From Podarcis pityusensis (taxonomy: Eukaryota), in the NCBI GenBank assembly GCA_964106645.2, contig OZ067047.1: DNA of 64,000 bases. One strand, given 5' to 3'. Below are positions 22,121 to 53,100 of this stretch, in pieces. Numbering within the stretch: position 1 is the first letter of the stretch; each line of letters starts with the position of its first letter. The position numbers and the translations under genes were made by a program. The notes under the pieces were generated by a model. It ran no database searches and was not told the origin of the DNA. It was given only the letters and a program-made list of their open reading frames with translations.

Positions 22121-24293
22121 CACTATAATGTTAAACAGCATATAAAACGACAGGGCTATCTGTTGCCTGGCCAATATCTTTCCACTTCCATCTGTCAGTC
22201 ACATCTGTCCTTACCAATTCAAAATGGGAACAAATTCAACAGCTAACATAGGCAATTCAATCATCATTTCACAGGATAACTCATCAACCAAATTAATATT
22301 ATACAAGAGACAGAGTATAGGTAGGCTAAAAGCTAATAAATTCAGCCATTCCAAATGTCATGAAAATCCAAGTCTTCATCAATACTTTTAATATTTTCTG
22401 AGTTTTTTTTCACCCATGGAAATAAGTGGCCCTCAGCTCCCTATAGCTTTATATTGTGTGTACTGTATAAATGAATGGGGATTTCCTCTAGTCTCTCACA
22501 CTGAGATTTAAAAGTCTGGGTTGGGTCAATCCTTAGACAATGCTTATTACACAAGTCTGAAACACAATAATTCTCAACTGTTGTAATCTTATGCAACTGA
22601 TCAGTCACCACTTTGACCTGTGATTTATTGTATTTCCTCATGTCATCAGTGAGAAGAAAAACCCTAGTGTTCACAATATCACTAATTTTACCTTGCTCTT
22701 TTTATTAAGAACTGGCCACTAATTGTCAGATTTCGACAACGCCCATACTGACTGAATTGAATTTCATTATTGAGTGCTGAATAGTACAGTAACACACAGC
22801 TCTCTTGCAGTGCTTGAGATATTGTGACTCCATGCTACAAAGATACAGCATTTCCCTCTCTTCCTTATGTATTCCAGATATATACATGTCTACATAGTAT
22901 GTGCATTTTTTTAGTGGAAGAATTTTGTATTTTGAGAATATAGGTGATTCTTCCACCTTGCTTATTGGCACATCCTACAGACCCAGGAAAGCTTATGCTA
23001 CAAAACATGTTAATCTTTAAAATGCCAAAAAGCTTTCTTACTTTTCCTAAAGGCGCAGGCTAGATGGAACACAAATATAAAATATTTGTCCATCTAAAGA
23101 AACTTAAAATAACTAGATAAAAAAACCCTCAAAAGAAATTTAGGCTTTGAGTGCTTGTACAGGTCAGCCTTCTAAGATGTGTGTTAAGAAAGGCACACAT
23201 TTTTTCTACAAATGTCATGTAGTTTAAGTGATTTTTAAATTTGAACTTTAGATTGTCCTAACCTGGCCTGGGACCTACTGGTGAAGAACAGGTAATAACA
23301 ATAGCAGTAGTATTATTATTATTGCTTGTCTGCTGGCTTCTCAAAACACTGAAGTCCGCGGGGGCCGTTCAATTTATTCCTAATGGGTAAGAAATGCGAA
23401 AACAAGAATACCAGTGCCAAAACAAAAGCGCTTGGGCTGAGTGAGGCTTCACCGATTTACACGAAGGCTTTGAGCATTTGGAGATTAGTCCAGACACGTT
23501 TCAGTGCCACCTCCTCGCTCTCAAAATGAGGCTGAAAAACAAGGAAATAAAACGTTATTGGCCTTGGGCGAAAGTCACGGAACGCAAGTATGACTGCTCG
23601 ATTGCATAAGATTATCACCACTCAAAGCGATTTATTTCAACCCCGTTTCATCAGCTTTTGCCAGGGATTATCCCGGGCGAGACAATCTGTCTCAGAGACA
23701 GAAGTAAATAGAGGCAATCCCCATTCAATCACAAAATGGGTTGGGGTATTTGTTGGCTTTGGCATATGTACACTCCTTCTTATTGGCCGTCACGATCAAA
23801 TTCCCACCTTCTTTTCTCACCTACTCACCTCGGCCGTAATCTTGCTCTCTGATTGGCGGAGGCTCCACTTCCGCCTATTACTTAAATATTTGCCACGATT
23901 GGCGAGGAACTTTGTTTATCATGCATTCTTCCCTCCCATTGGCCGCGAAAACACCGCCCCGCTCCCAGCCGGAGTTTCCAGAATAGAGATAAATAAAAAT
24001 CCGAGTGGCACTGCTGCCGCTGCTTTTATTTTCTGAACCGGAGGAACCGCAAAAAGGGTCTTCGAAGGAGGCATGGCTCATCCATATTAATAAGCTCTAG
24101 CTGCGGGTTGTCATAGCAATACAGCAATTTACTGTATTAACAGCGCTGCTCCCCGATTGGTCAGCAGGGTACTAAATTATTAAGCAGGCCCGCTCGGGGG
24201 GCGGAGCTCGGCGGGCTCCTCCGGCTCGGTCGACGCGAGGGGTGGGCGGGGCCTATGCTAATGAGGCCGGAGAAGGAGGCCGGGGCTGCCAAG

Positions 24294-41847
<17,554 letters not shown>

Positions 41848-44800
41848 ACATCGTTTTTAATCACTGCGGAATTCGCACCCTCCCCTTCTTCAACCCAAAA
41901 CCCTGGAGCAGCCTAACCAAAATCCATCCCAGCTGATCTGCTACTGTGGAACTTCTCCTCCTCCTCCTCGCCTCCTGGAGAGGAGCCACTGGGGGGGACG
42001 CAGGGTTTACAGTTTAAGCTAACGAAGGTGACAAAAGCACACGTGGGACTGACCAGCTGCCGCCTTCTCCCTTTTTACCCCCCCCCCGCCCAAACATTTT
42101 GTACATCGTGAGCTCTTAGTCATGATTTTTTATTAGTTTTTATTATGGTGGATGTTTGTGTGTGGTATGCGTGCGGATGAAGAATCGGGAGGATCTAGGT
42201 ATACAGAGTAAGGTAACTGCCTCCTCTTCTCTTCCCCACCCTGTCATATATATATTTTTGAAACTGACCCTGTGTCTGTGGGCTACAATCAAGAATTCCT
42301 GAAATCCCATTCATACAAGTATGAATATGCTAGTTGGTTCGGAAGAGGTAGGAATTCCCCCCCTTTCACACCAGTCAAACTGCGTGAGCCCTGGGCGGCC
42401 TCCTCTAGTTTAAAGTACCAATGCCTGCAATTGGTAATCGACATGAAGGAACACACACACACTCCAGCAGCATCCCAAAAGCTGGATTGATATGAGATCC
42501 TAGATCTCATAATTATGCACTTGTAAGCTTACTTTAAAAGCGAGACTTTTGGGAGGAGGTGGAGCAGGCCACAAAAGCACTGGTGGCTTTGGAATTGTTG
42601 GTGTAAAGTCAACAAATTGATTTCACACAATCCTTTTTGGGCCTTGTGTTCAAAACCTACTATTTTTCTTGCAGTCAGTCATGGGTGCCTGCATATTCTG
42701 AATCCTGCCATATCTGGTTTTCTAACCAGCTACGTCAGATTGGGGAAAGGGAGAGACATTACAAGTTGGCTTCTTGTGACCCACCCATTTCTTCCCCGTG
42801 GTATCCAAGTGTATCTTTAAAGGCAGTGTTTCCTTCCCCTCCTCGAGAACTGACACTGTCAGTGGGCGACTTCTCCCTGCATATTTGTGTAATGCAAGAA
42901 TTCATTTCTCCTCATTAGGGAAATGGGTGTTGCTGCCTGTAAGTGGGCATGGGCTTCTTAGTGTCTAGAAGCCGGCTTGCACCCCTCATTTCAGCCTCTC
43001 CTCAGAATCATAACTTGGGTTTAGACACACTCACTGTGTAAAAGCAGGAAGAGGTTTACTGGAGCCAGCTCTGAGCTGTGCTTTTAAATTTGGACACATG
43101 TTCAAGATTTTATAACTTTGATACACATTTGCTGCTTCTTTTTGAGGCACTTATTCTGAATTGACTTTTAACTGGCATCATGTTTTTGTTTAAAAACAAA
43201 AACCAGGTTTGTAGTTCACTGGTTTGTAGCTTTTAAAGTCTCTCCCCATGTCTCTCATATTGCTGTCTGCAACATCATCCTAACATTTTTGAATGGCTGG
43301 AGTTTCCCGGAAGCTAAGAGTGAACACTGATGAGTAGGTAGGCACGGCTTATGGTCTACTTTCTTGCCTGAAACTTTGTGGGCAGCATCCCAAGCAGTGA
43401 CAGTATTAATAGCACCCTTGGGGAGAGAATGGAGCGTGCTGTGGCTAAAGGAAGACGGCAGCCTGTATCACTTGGTGCCTTGGGTGCCCGGTAGCGACAT
43501 CCGCCTCATGGCCTTCTGTTTCCAAGGGAAGTGGAGACCTTGGTGTGGTGTCCTTTTTATTTTTTCTTCTCCTTTCATTCCTTAGTTCTGAAAGAGGAAT
43601 GTGCAGTGCTGAAGTTTTCATTTAAAAAAAAAAAAAAGCAAAAAGCCACATGGTGCTGTGTTCTGTTTTGTGACCAGCATTTAAAGACTACTGAGGCTGG
43701 CATGATGTAATAATAATAATAATAAAAAGAAAGGTTTGTTTAACGTTTTAAAATTAAATGGCTTTGTTGTTTGTCAGTTCTTCCAACTGTAGAGGGAATG
43801 AAGCAGTGACTGTGTTGGTACCTCTGAATCTGCATGTGTCAGAGGGGAGGCTTAGATGTTTTCAAGCAGGCATCATGCAAAGCTGAAGCTACTCCTTGAG
43901 ATCAGGGCTGGCTGCTCTCCAGGGCTAGGAACACACCTTGGTTTTCGTGCCTAGTCAGGGGTGTTAGTAGTGCTGACCACAAGAGAAGGGTCATTTTGCT
44001 CACTGTATGCAAAATGAGCCCCTACTTTCGTTTTGCTTATTTATTTTTTGCTATTATTGACAAGAGTACAAAACTTTAAGGAGGGAGGTAGTTTATCAGG
44101 AAGACTACAATGGGCCACAGTGTAATATTCAGGTGAACAGCATCCACATATTCCAGTGCACATGAACTTTGTACCCTCTTGTGTTGGCAATAGGTATTTT
44201 ACATTTTCCCCTCATTTTTTCTCCTAGCAGCTCAAGGTTGGGGAGCAGTGTACACTATGACACTATGAAGTAGGTGAGGTGCAGAGACCAAAGGTCACTC
44301 GGTAAGCTTTATATGGCAGTGTGGGGGTTTGAACCAGTGTCTTCCCCAGTCCTAGTCCTTATCTGATATTCTAACCACTGCATTTCAATCATGCTAGCTC
44401 CTGTCTGCTGAATTCGCACAGCTGTTAAAGGCAAAGGAATAAAAGTTGGCAACTGGGCAGTATACCAGTGAACTTCAGCACCTAAGCAGAAGCCGAAAGT
44501 CAAAAGGTATAAGGTATTGCCAAACTTTTAACAGGAGGAAAGGACTTCTCTTTTAATAGTGACACATGGGGAAACGTCATTAGTTGTGGCATCTGCCCTC
44601 CTTGTGAGAAGGTGCATCTGCTGGAGAAATGCTGCTGATCTGTTAAGCCCATCAAACACATGGAAAATGATTTAAGTATTGCCAAACCTTGGTGGTGATC
44701 TTTCAGATGATAGGAACTGGAGAGAATGAACTTAACATTTAGTAAATATGTTGGAATGGTAGGTTTTAATTTTTTACACGTCTGTTTTCAGTACTTGTAC

Positions 44801-45126
44801 CCTGCTCTTATAAGTGGAGCGGTTTTCAGAGTGGCTTAAATTGTACTTTAAACTTAAATAGCAAAATATATTGAATGGTAGTTTGCCGTGGACCAGGAGG
44901 CAATGCAGTTGGAACTCAGCTGTCCCACTTGCTTATTTATGGCATTTTTATAGTGTTTAAATTACCAAAGTCTCCCAAGTTAGTGGTCTGCAGTAGTTGC
45001 AAAATACAACTATGTTGGAAAGGGGCTAGAACCTGCAAACGTCTCTGCAGTCATGAACCCTGTTCTGTTTCCCATCTAGGCACAGATAAGAGCCAGGCTT
45101 TTGTTCGGTTCATCAAAATTGCTGCA

Positions 45127-45132
45127 ATTAAA
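45127..45132 (+). terminator. Candidate distal GTPBP1 polyA signal (other candidates: AATAAA at 43721 and 44438)
   Basis: ATTAAA hexamer; usage cannot be determined from sequence. Confidence 0.35.
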
Positions 45133-45665
45133 AATAAGGGCATTGGCTGAATTTTACAAGAGTATTTGTATCCATTCTTCAGTCAAAAAGGCTCCCAGAG
45201 CAGCTTACATACAATCAATTAAACAGGACAGTTTCTGCCTGCAAGCTTAGAATGTAAACAACACACAAGGGGGATTTCTCCTTGCCCACCCTCCTTTCCC
45301 CCCTCTCCCATTGGCTTCATAATGTTGAGTTTGAATGTGTGTGTCCTGCACTGACTGAGGGCTCATCCACACTTCTGTACCTCCTGTCTGAGAGGTTTTT
45401 CTTCAGTCCCACTGCTTTCCCTGGGAAAACCTGCTGTGTATCACTGAATTGGAACAAGCATCAAACAGTGGGTGTTCCCGGGGAAAGCAGTGGACTAAAG
45501 AAAAACCTCAGGCAGAAGGAACAGAAATGTGGACGACAGTGACAGCAGCTCCAATGCAACTTATTTACAGCATAGTCTCTTCCCGCTAATGCTTCTAGCC
45601 TTCACCCTGGTCAAAAAGTGTCCCCTCTTCACCAATGGTCAGCTTCACCCTTTTTAAAAAAATTG

Positions 45666-45671
45666 TTTATT
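45666..45671 (-). terminator. Candidate distal SUN2 polyA signal (proximal candidate at 48945-48950)
   Basis: TTTATT on +, with UGUA-rich sequence upstream on the minus strand. Confidence 0.35.
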
Positions 45672-48600
45672 GTCTTGAGTTTCTTTTGCATAGGCATAAA
45701 TTACAATCCAGAGATAGAAAATAAGGAACGGAACAGTGCAGCATTTGCAACAGGCTACATACAGTCTTAGATACAAATCCAAGCACACTTTGTACATAAC
45801 TGTTTTCATAGGAGAAGCATTATTATTAATACAGCACCATCAGTGTGCATGGTGCTTTACAGAGTACAACAGGCCAGGTCAAAAGTACAGGGAGCGGGCA
45901 GAGAAGTCATGCTTTGGAAGGTGCCTCCTACTTGCTGTCGCCTTGCAAATGCCATATGAGCACCTTGCTACTGGTCAGGGAGCTGACACAAGCATGAAAT
46001 GCCTACAGTTGTCATGAAGCCATTATGTGCATGACTCACCAGCATTCTTTAACTCTTGACTCTTTGCTTGCTGTGGCTTTGAGTAGACCCTAGGACCAGG
46101 AAAGTTTCATGCTTTTCCAAACGCATTCATTCGTAAGCTCACTGAATGTTCATTTGGTCACTCTAGATTTTTAATCACTTTGTTGCACTTAGGGTCTGTT
46201 AAACACATCTTTTCTTTCCATGCAACTAATAGAGCAGAGAAGCCTATCCACATAAATTATTGTATGGAGCCCAGCTGCGGGAAACTACCCCACAATGATC
46301 AACATAGGATTTATACACCCCTAAACAGACTTCTCTCCATTCTCTCCCAAGTACAACCTAGCCATCAACCTCTTTTATGGGGAGTAGAGAACAGGTAATA
46401 ATCAGTGCTTATTACACCCCCCATCTTTTGGAGAGTACAAAGAGAAGAGTAAGACCTATATTTTCTTTTGCCTACAAAAAACACAAGTTTTTATTAGAAA
46501 TTCCCCACCCCCACCCCAAAAGTTGACCTAGTGCTTTGTAGAAGCACAACAGGTTGCCTACCAAGCATGGTGAGCTGAAGCAAGCCTCTAAATTGCCTAA
46601 TTTCAAAATCAGCTGGGGTCCTTCAGGCTACCTCGCCCAACATTGCCCCATCACTGCAGAGAATCTGGAGCTGTATCACTCCCAGCAAGTAGCTATCTGC
46701 TCAAAGACATCCAGTAAGCAAAAGCCCAGCACCCCTCAAGGCAATTGTTTCCACTGTCAGATTGCTCTTACCTTTAAAGAAGTTTCTCCTAAGGTTTAAC
46801 TGCAATCCCTCCTGTAACAGCCTGGTTTTTTCCTAGCCCTTATTCTGTATTTCAGATGAAAAAAGCAGGGAAACCTGGCCAATGTATTTTTGTAATGCAA
46901 ACCGCACACACACGCCTTCCAGAATGCTGCTATGTTTGCATGTCAGATTATGTAATTCCTGTCTGATACAAAGCAAGAGTTGCTTTTGACCATGTGGTCC
47001 TTCTACTTGCTTTCTAGGAAAAAACTGTTGGAACTGGCCTTTATTCTCTTGTTGCATGCAAGGGCATCAAAACACTTCACAAGGATTCTGCTATAGACCA
47101 AAGAGCATAGCAGTTATCACTGGACCCTGATAGAATGATGTGTCTCCTCTAATAGTGCAGGTCATCTTAACTGATCCTGCAAACCGCATGGCTGTGTTAG
47201 CTGGAGCAGCTAACAGCACCAGACTGGGGAAGCTGTGAAATGCTTAGCAGATAAACTGTGTTGATGTACTTCCACAGTAGCTTAGCAAGAATGCATAGAT
47301 AGATAGATATGTGTTTAGTTAGCAATGCTAGGCCCTTTAGTTATAATCAGGATTGTGTTACCAGAAGCATCCAGGCAAAAGCTGTTGTTGGGGTGGAGGT
47401 GAGTGTATGCTAAATCTCACTACCACTCATGGTTTCAGGTTTTAAACAGAAAAGCTGTCCTCTTGTCATTTGAGCTACCTTCATCAATCCTTATGACTTT
47501 TTTAACACTGAAGCTGTGAGACCCACATAATACTGTTATTTCCTTATGGATATGTTCTGTTTCTTAGAATCGCACAGAAGCTTGTCTTCTGTTCAACCCC
47601 TTATCTACTTGATGTGTGTCATTATGTAATTAATTTATGTACTGCCAAAGTGGCTTCTACACATAACTAAGGCCACTTTCCTATCATAGCATCCTCAAAA
47701 GGTGTGCAACTGTGCCCTTGATCATATTTACTCAGAGTCTACTTGGCCCTTCGATATAGTTGAGAAACCACCTGTATTTCATATAGCTTGGGGAACTGCT
47801 CAAGCTGAACACAGCATTAGCCCACTCCTCTTGGGATTTAGGATGAAGACAAATGCTTCTCCCTCCAGGAGTGAGAGTGGGTTTTTCTGCTATGGGACAA
47901 ACCCTGTTTTTCCTCCTACCACACTGACTTCTCCACTGACATACAAATCTGCGGCCAGTATGAATTTTTGCAGCTTCTCGCTCCCCTTTTCGGGCACAAC
48001 TTAGCTTTTGCCAGTTCCCCAAATGCCTGTATGTCTTATATTTCTAAATGTTTATTTGGTTCCATCCTTAAATGGACATTATTGCTATGGCCAAGCCCAA
48101 ATGAAAAGCGATGGGCCAGCGGTTGTGGCAATCAGCACTCTCCACAGATAGCTGGAAGGGAGGTGGGAAGGACACAGCTTCCTGCTTATGTTAAGTACTA
48201 GCTTATCGGAACTCTGCACAGCCAGCTTGCCCTGAAAATAAAAGGCAGGTAGGAAAGAAACCCTGATTGCTCCTACATTAATTTCAGTTTAGAAATTTTC
48301 ATTACTCAGCACTCTGCCCATGTGTTTTCAGCCTGAAGTTTGGTAAAAGCCTAGATGAAGGCACTATTTTATGAGATACTGTATCCATACCAGGAAGGCT
48401 GTCCCTCCAGAGTACAACTGTTACTGCTGGCAACTACAGATACCTATTTACTGTAAATAACTAGTCAGCAAATATTAATGTTAAGCAAATGTAACAAATT
48501 CTGACCTCTATTACCTTACCCAAGTAGTCATGATATTTCCTGTATGGGCTAGTCTATATATTGCAGTAGAATGAGGCAATCACATAGAACGTTCCACTTC

Positions 48601-49990
48601 AGAGTAAAGATGGGTATGTATGCCATTTTAAAAAATACCCTTTGCAAATTAAAATAAAAACTGGCATAGCAGGGAGAGAAATCCCACCTTTATTCCTCTG
48701 CTAGTTTTCTACTAACAATATGGACGGGAAAATGCAAGCCTGTCCATTGTACCATCTCAGAACTTGAGCTGCTTATACTACCTTGTCTTACTGCACGTGG
48801 GGATCAGGTGCAGAAACGTGGAAAGATTTTCCTCGCCCTTTTTGACCATATTAACCCACTGGGCATTGCAGCAGCATGTGAGTTAAAACCTGCAGAACAA
48901 GAGCCAAGCACCCCTTGTTTGCTTTACAATGGAAGAAAATGAAGTTTATTTGAAGCAGGGCTCATCAAGGCCCTGTAAGCTCTATTTCAAGATTGGGGCA
49001 CATTCTCTGAGACAATGGGTGTCTCTGAACATGTACAGAATGCTTTCCCTTGCCACTTAACAAGCAGCCCTGCCACACCTGGGAGTTCGGCTAAGCAAGC
49101 ACGACCGTGCTGGCCAGACAATATTCATTCCCTCTAGAAAATTAAGTGTTGTAGAATGGGAATGAGTTCCAACAGTGATACATACTAGCAGAGCTAAGCA
49201 GTTCCATTAGAAAACCAACTCTGAGCACTGTAAAGTAGACTCTTCTCCCATCTTTCAACACGGCAGCCTTTGTTGTTAAATACTTAACCTGACAGGGCAA
49301 GCCCATGCATGTTCACGCTGAAGTAATTCCCACTAAGCAAAAGGGGGCTTACTTGCTAGTAAGCTTGGTTAGGATTGCAGCCTCTCATTTAAATAAACAT
49401 CAATTTCCCCCTCTGTCTTTTTCTACTGCACAGGCTCCTTTTGCAGCCAACGCCAAACCACTTTTTACAGTGTGATAAACGAAAAATTAAACCTTCCCAA
49501 CCCAGGAAAGGGAAAAACAACAGCATGGGGTCTCCTACTACCCTTATCAAAGAAAGAATCCATAGATACACTCCCCCCCCCTCAAATATAATATAATTAC
49601 ATAAACACTGATAGAACTATGACAGTATCATGGCACAGCTTTCTAAAGGAACACCCAGAAACTATTTTTCCTTGATGGTGGAGGGGGAAGAGATGAACTG
49701 CATAGGCTTTTGTTTTTTTCCAAAAAGCTGAATATAAAATACCAAAAGTCAAGAAGCCCTCTTTCTCCCTCTGCATACTGAAAGGTACCCCCACCCCTGC
49801 CCTCAGGAGAGAACCAATTGACCAGGATAGGAATTTTGAAGTCTCCATGCTTCCCCTCGTAACAAAAAGAAGCGTCACTCATCCCAAGTTGCTCTCCTTT
49901 CCAACACTGCTTTTCTCCGTCTGCCTTTTGTCAGTCTGAGGCGCAGAACTTGAGGTAGCCAGTGAGCAAGGCTGCGGCATGCAGGAGGGG

Positions 49991-50107
49991 TTAAGGGACC
50001 GGCTCCCCATGCACGCGGAAACGGTAAATACAGGTGTACTCCGGGTGGCCCCAGTTGCTGAGAACTCTAAGCTCAATAAGCTGGAAAGCTGCAATCCTGC
50101 CTTCATC
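49991..50107 (-). CDS. SUN2: SUN2 last coding exon
   Basis: DEGRIAAFQLIELRVLSNWGHPEYTCIYRFRVHGEPVP*. Confidence 0.95.
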   Translation of the reverse strand, partial: DEGRIAAFQLIELRVLSNWGHPEYTCIYRFRVHGEPVP

Positions 50108-53100
50108 CTGAGGATGTAAAAAAAGGGGAAGCAGGGAGGGGAAAGGGAAGAGAGAAAGGCAAAATATTGAGGGCCAGAGAAGCATCAAGCTTGTTTCTTT
50201 GGAGACAGAGGGCTGCCATGCCACCGCCTCTACCACCACCCTCTTCTGTGAGATGCTCTGGCACTGCTCACAATCCCAGGTACCACCTTCCCACTCTTAA
50301 CAAGATGTACAGCCCTGAGCTGAGTTGTTGATGGGTATTGCAATAACCCCACTTTATTCCTGCCGCCACCACAGGTAATATTTATCTGACTACTCCACGC
50401 CTAGCATCACCAAATATTAGGCATGTGCTGCAATACAATTTATTCAATTTAAATAACAAACAAGAGTCCTATGATGACTTGAGGTACAAAAATGAAGTCC
50501 CTCTTGATCCTATTTGTTGCACATACAACTATGGCTAGTGTAATGCTGATCCTATTCTACTGCTTCATTTCTAACCAGCACATGTTGCATTGCTTCCTAC
50601 TAATATCCTGTAACTTTTTATACATAATTTTATACAATAATTTTGGGGGGGGGGGTTTGTCCTGCTGGACTAGAACTCCAACCATCCCTGCCCACTGGCC
50701 TTCCTGATGCAGCAGCTGATAGGAGTTGGAGTTCAGGAGCAACTGGAGGGCTGCAGCTTCTCCATCCCTGGCTTAAAACCCAACCAAAGCTTCCCTTTCC
50801 CCAAAGAGTTATAGCATTTGCATGCATGAGGTCCCAGGCTCAATCTCTGGCATCTTCAGGTGAGGGGGGGCCCCTGCCCTACCTGAAACCCTGGAGACCA
50901 GCTGCCCATCAGTGTAGACAATACTGAACTAGATGGACCAAGTCACCTGATTCAGTCTGAGGTAGCTTCCTAAAAGCTACCACACTCTCCAGTTCTACCA
51001 TGGCTAGGGTTTCGACCCACCACCACCCTTCAAACCTTGCACCTTTTCCTTCCTTACCTGCAAGTGGAATGTTTGGATGGGATCCCCATCCTGGCTGTAA
51101 GTGAACTGGCCAAGGAGAGTGCCCTCTTGCTGCCCTTCTTCTGTTAAGCCCTGTGGAAACAAAAACAGGTTGGGGAGGAGGGAAGGGGGTGAGAGAATGG
51201 GGAGGGGAGGGCCGTGGGGAGATCAGAGCAACCGCAGGATTAGAGAGGGGGGAGGGACACAAGTGCGGTTAAAGGCCAGTCTTGTGGCTGCATGCCAAAA
51301 TGAAACACACAGGGCTATGAGGAGGTAAGGGACAAATGGGAGCAGTAGAGGGATGGGGAAAGAAGGCTGATGGTAGTTATGAACGTCAATGCCTCTTCCT
51401 CCTTTCCCAAAGAGAGGTGCAATTTTGGAATCTCACACCTGGGACCCGTCATTTGTTAAGGGTGCTGAGAGTGGGGTAACTACGATCCCCAGGATTTTTG
51501 AGAAAAGCCATGTGCTGTAAAAGAGTGATGTGAATGCAGTGCCTTATACTGTCTCAATTCATTCTTTCCCTCTTGAATACCCTGGGAATTGCAGTTCTGC
51601 AGGATGGTTCTCGGGCTCCAAATGAAATTTCAAGACATTCATACTACAGTTCCCAGGATTCTTAGGGAGGTGGGGGAGCTGCAGCAGTGTAAGTTGAACA
51701 AAGACTAACATCAGTGTGCATCATACATATGCCTGCAGTCTTGGTTGTACCAACCCAAACTTCATCATTAATGATCCCAAGGTTTCTAACAAATGGCTCC
51801 TTTCACCCCAGATTCTTGGGTTGCCTGGTGCATGTGTATTCACACTGCACATCAGCCTTGGCCAACATGGGGCTCTTTGGACTACAACTCCCATCAGCCT
51901 CAGCCAGCACAACTGACGGCAGTTGTGGTCCAAAACACTTGGAGGACACCAGGTGGGTGAAAGCTGATGTATATGATTGAACTGAGAGCCAGTGTGGTGT
52001 AGCGTCAGACTAGGACGTGGGAAACCAGGGTTCAAATCCCCCAGGCCATGAAGCTTACTGGGAAGTACCGTTTGCTAAAGATACTGAGCAACAATCAGTC
52101 CCTTTTCCCAGGGAAATCTGTCAACAGTAGCTCTGTAAGGTTAGTAGGGGCCTCCTCTCAGCACACTTCACAAACTACAGTTCCCAGGAGTCTTTGGGGG
52201 GAAGCCATGACTGTGTAAAGTGGAATAATATTGGTTTAAATGTATATTGTGCATATGGGGCCTTAAATAGCTGTGCATCTGACGACCCAGTTGGGCAAAT
52301 TTATGAAGGGCATCTTGCTGTACTTTTGAGAGAGAGAGAGAGAGAGAAATCTGAGAAAACTCTTCTGGTGGAAAAGCCCTGGATGCTATTGGAACCCCTG
52401 CTAGCAAATTGTGGGAGAAGTTTCCCACTTCTGACTGAGAATGGGAAATTATCTCCAGTGTGCCTCTTTCAAGCTTGCCCAATCTACGACATCTCCTCCC
52501 CCCCCCCCCCAGTCCCAAACAAAGAGTGACTTACATAGACCGCAAAGTCCTTGGGGGCGCTGGGAATGGTCCCTTTGGGAGAGAGGGCTTTGGAGATGTG
52601 TTCTAGCGTCACAGCTGTGGGACGGATGTTGCTCGAAAGGCGAATGACAGCAAAGCCTTGGGAGCCTTGGAATGCCCAGCAGTTCCCAGGGTGGACATCT
52701 GGCTGAAATTAAATCAAACACACAGAGTTTTAGGTAAGAGGCTGCCATATGTTAGACTTAACCATTCTGAAAGCAGAGATGATGCTCCAATATGCAAAGA
52801 CCAAGAGGGAAAAAACAATGATCTCTGGGTTGGTACTTGTACACAAATTTAACACAGCCCTTGGCACCTTGTGGTACTGTTATCGTATTCCATATAAAAC
52901 AGGGCAAAGGGACTTTTAAACATTTGTTAATAAGTATTTAACAAATCACCTGGCAGGTGACTAGGAATTCCATGCAGGTCAGGGAGCAGATTGCTCCATC
53001 TGTAATATACATTTCGCCTTCATTTCCAAGGAGTTCAAGGTGGAAAGACATGCTGTAATTGACACGGGAATGCGGCTGAATATGGCAATCAGTTCTGTCA

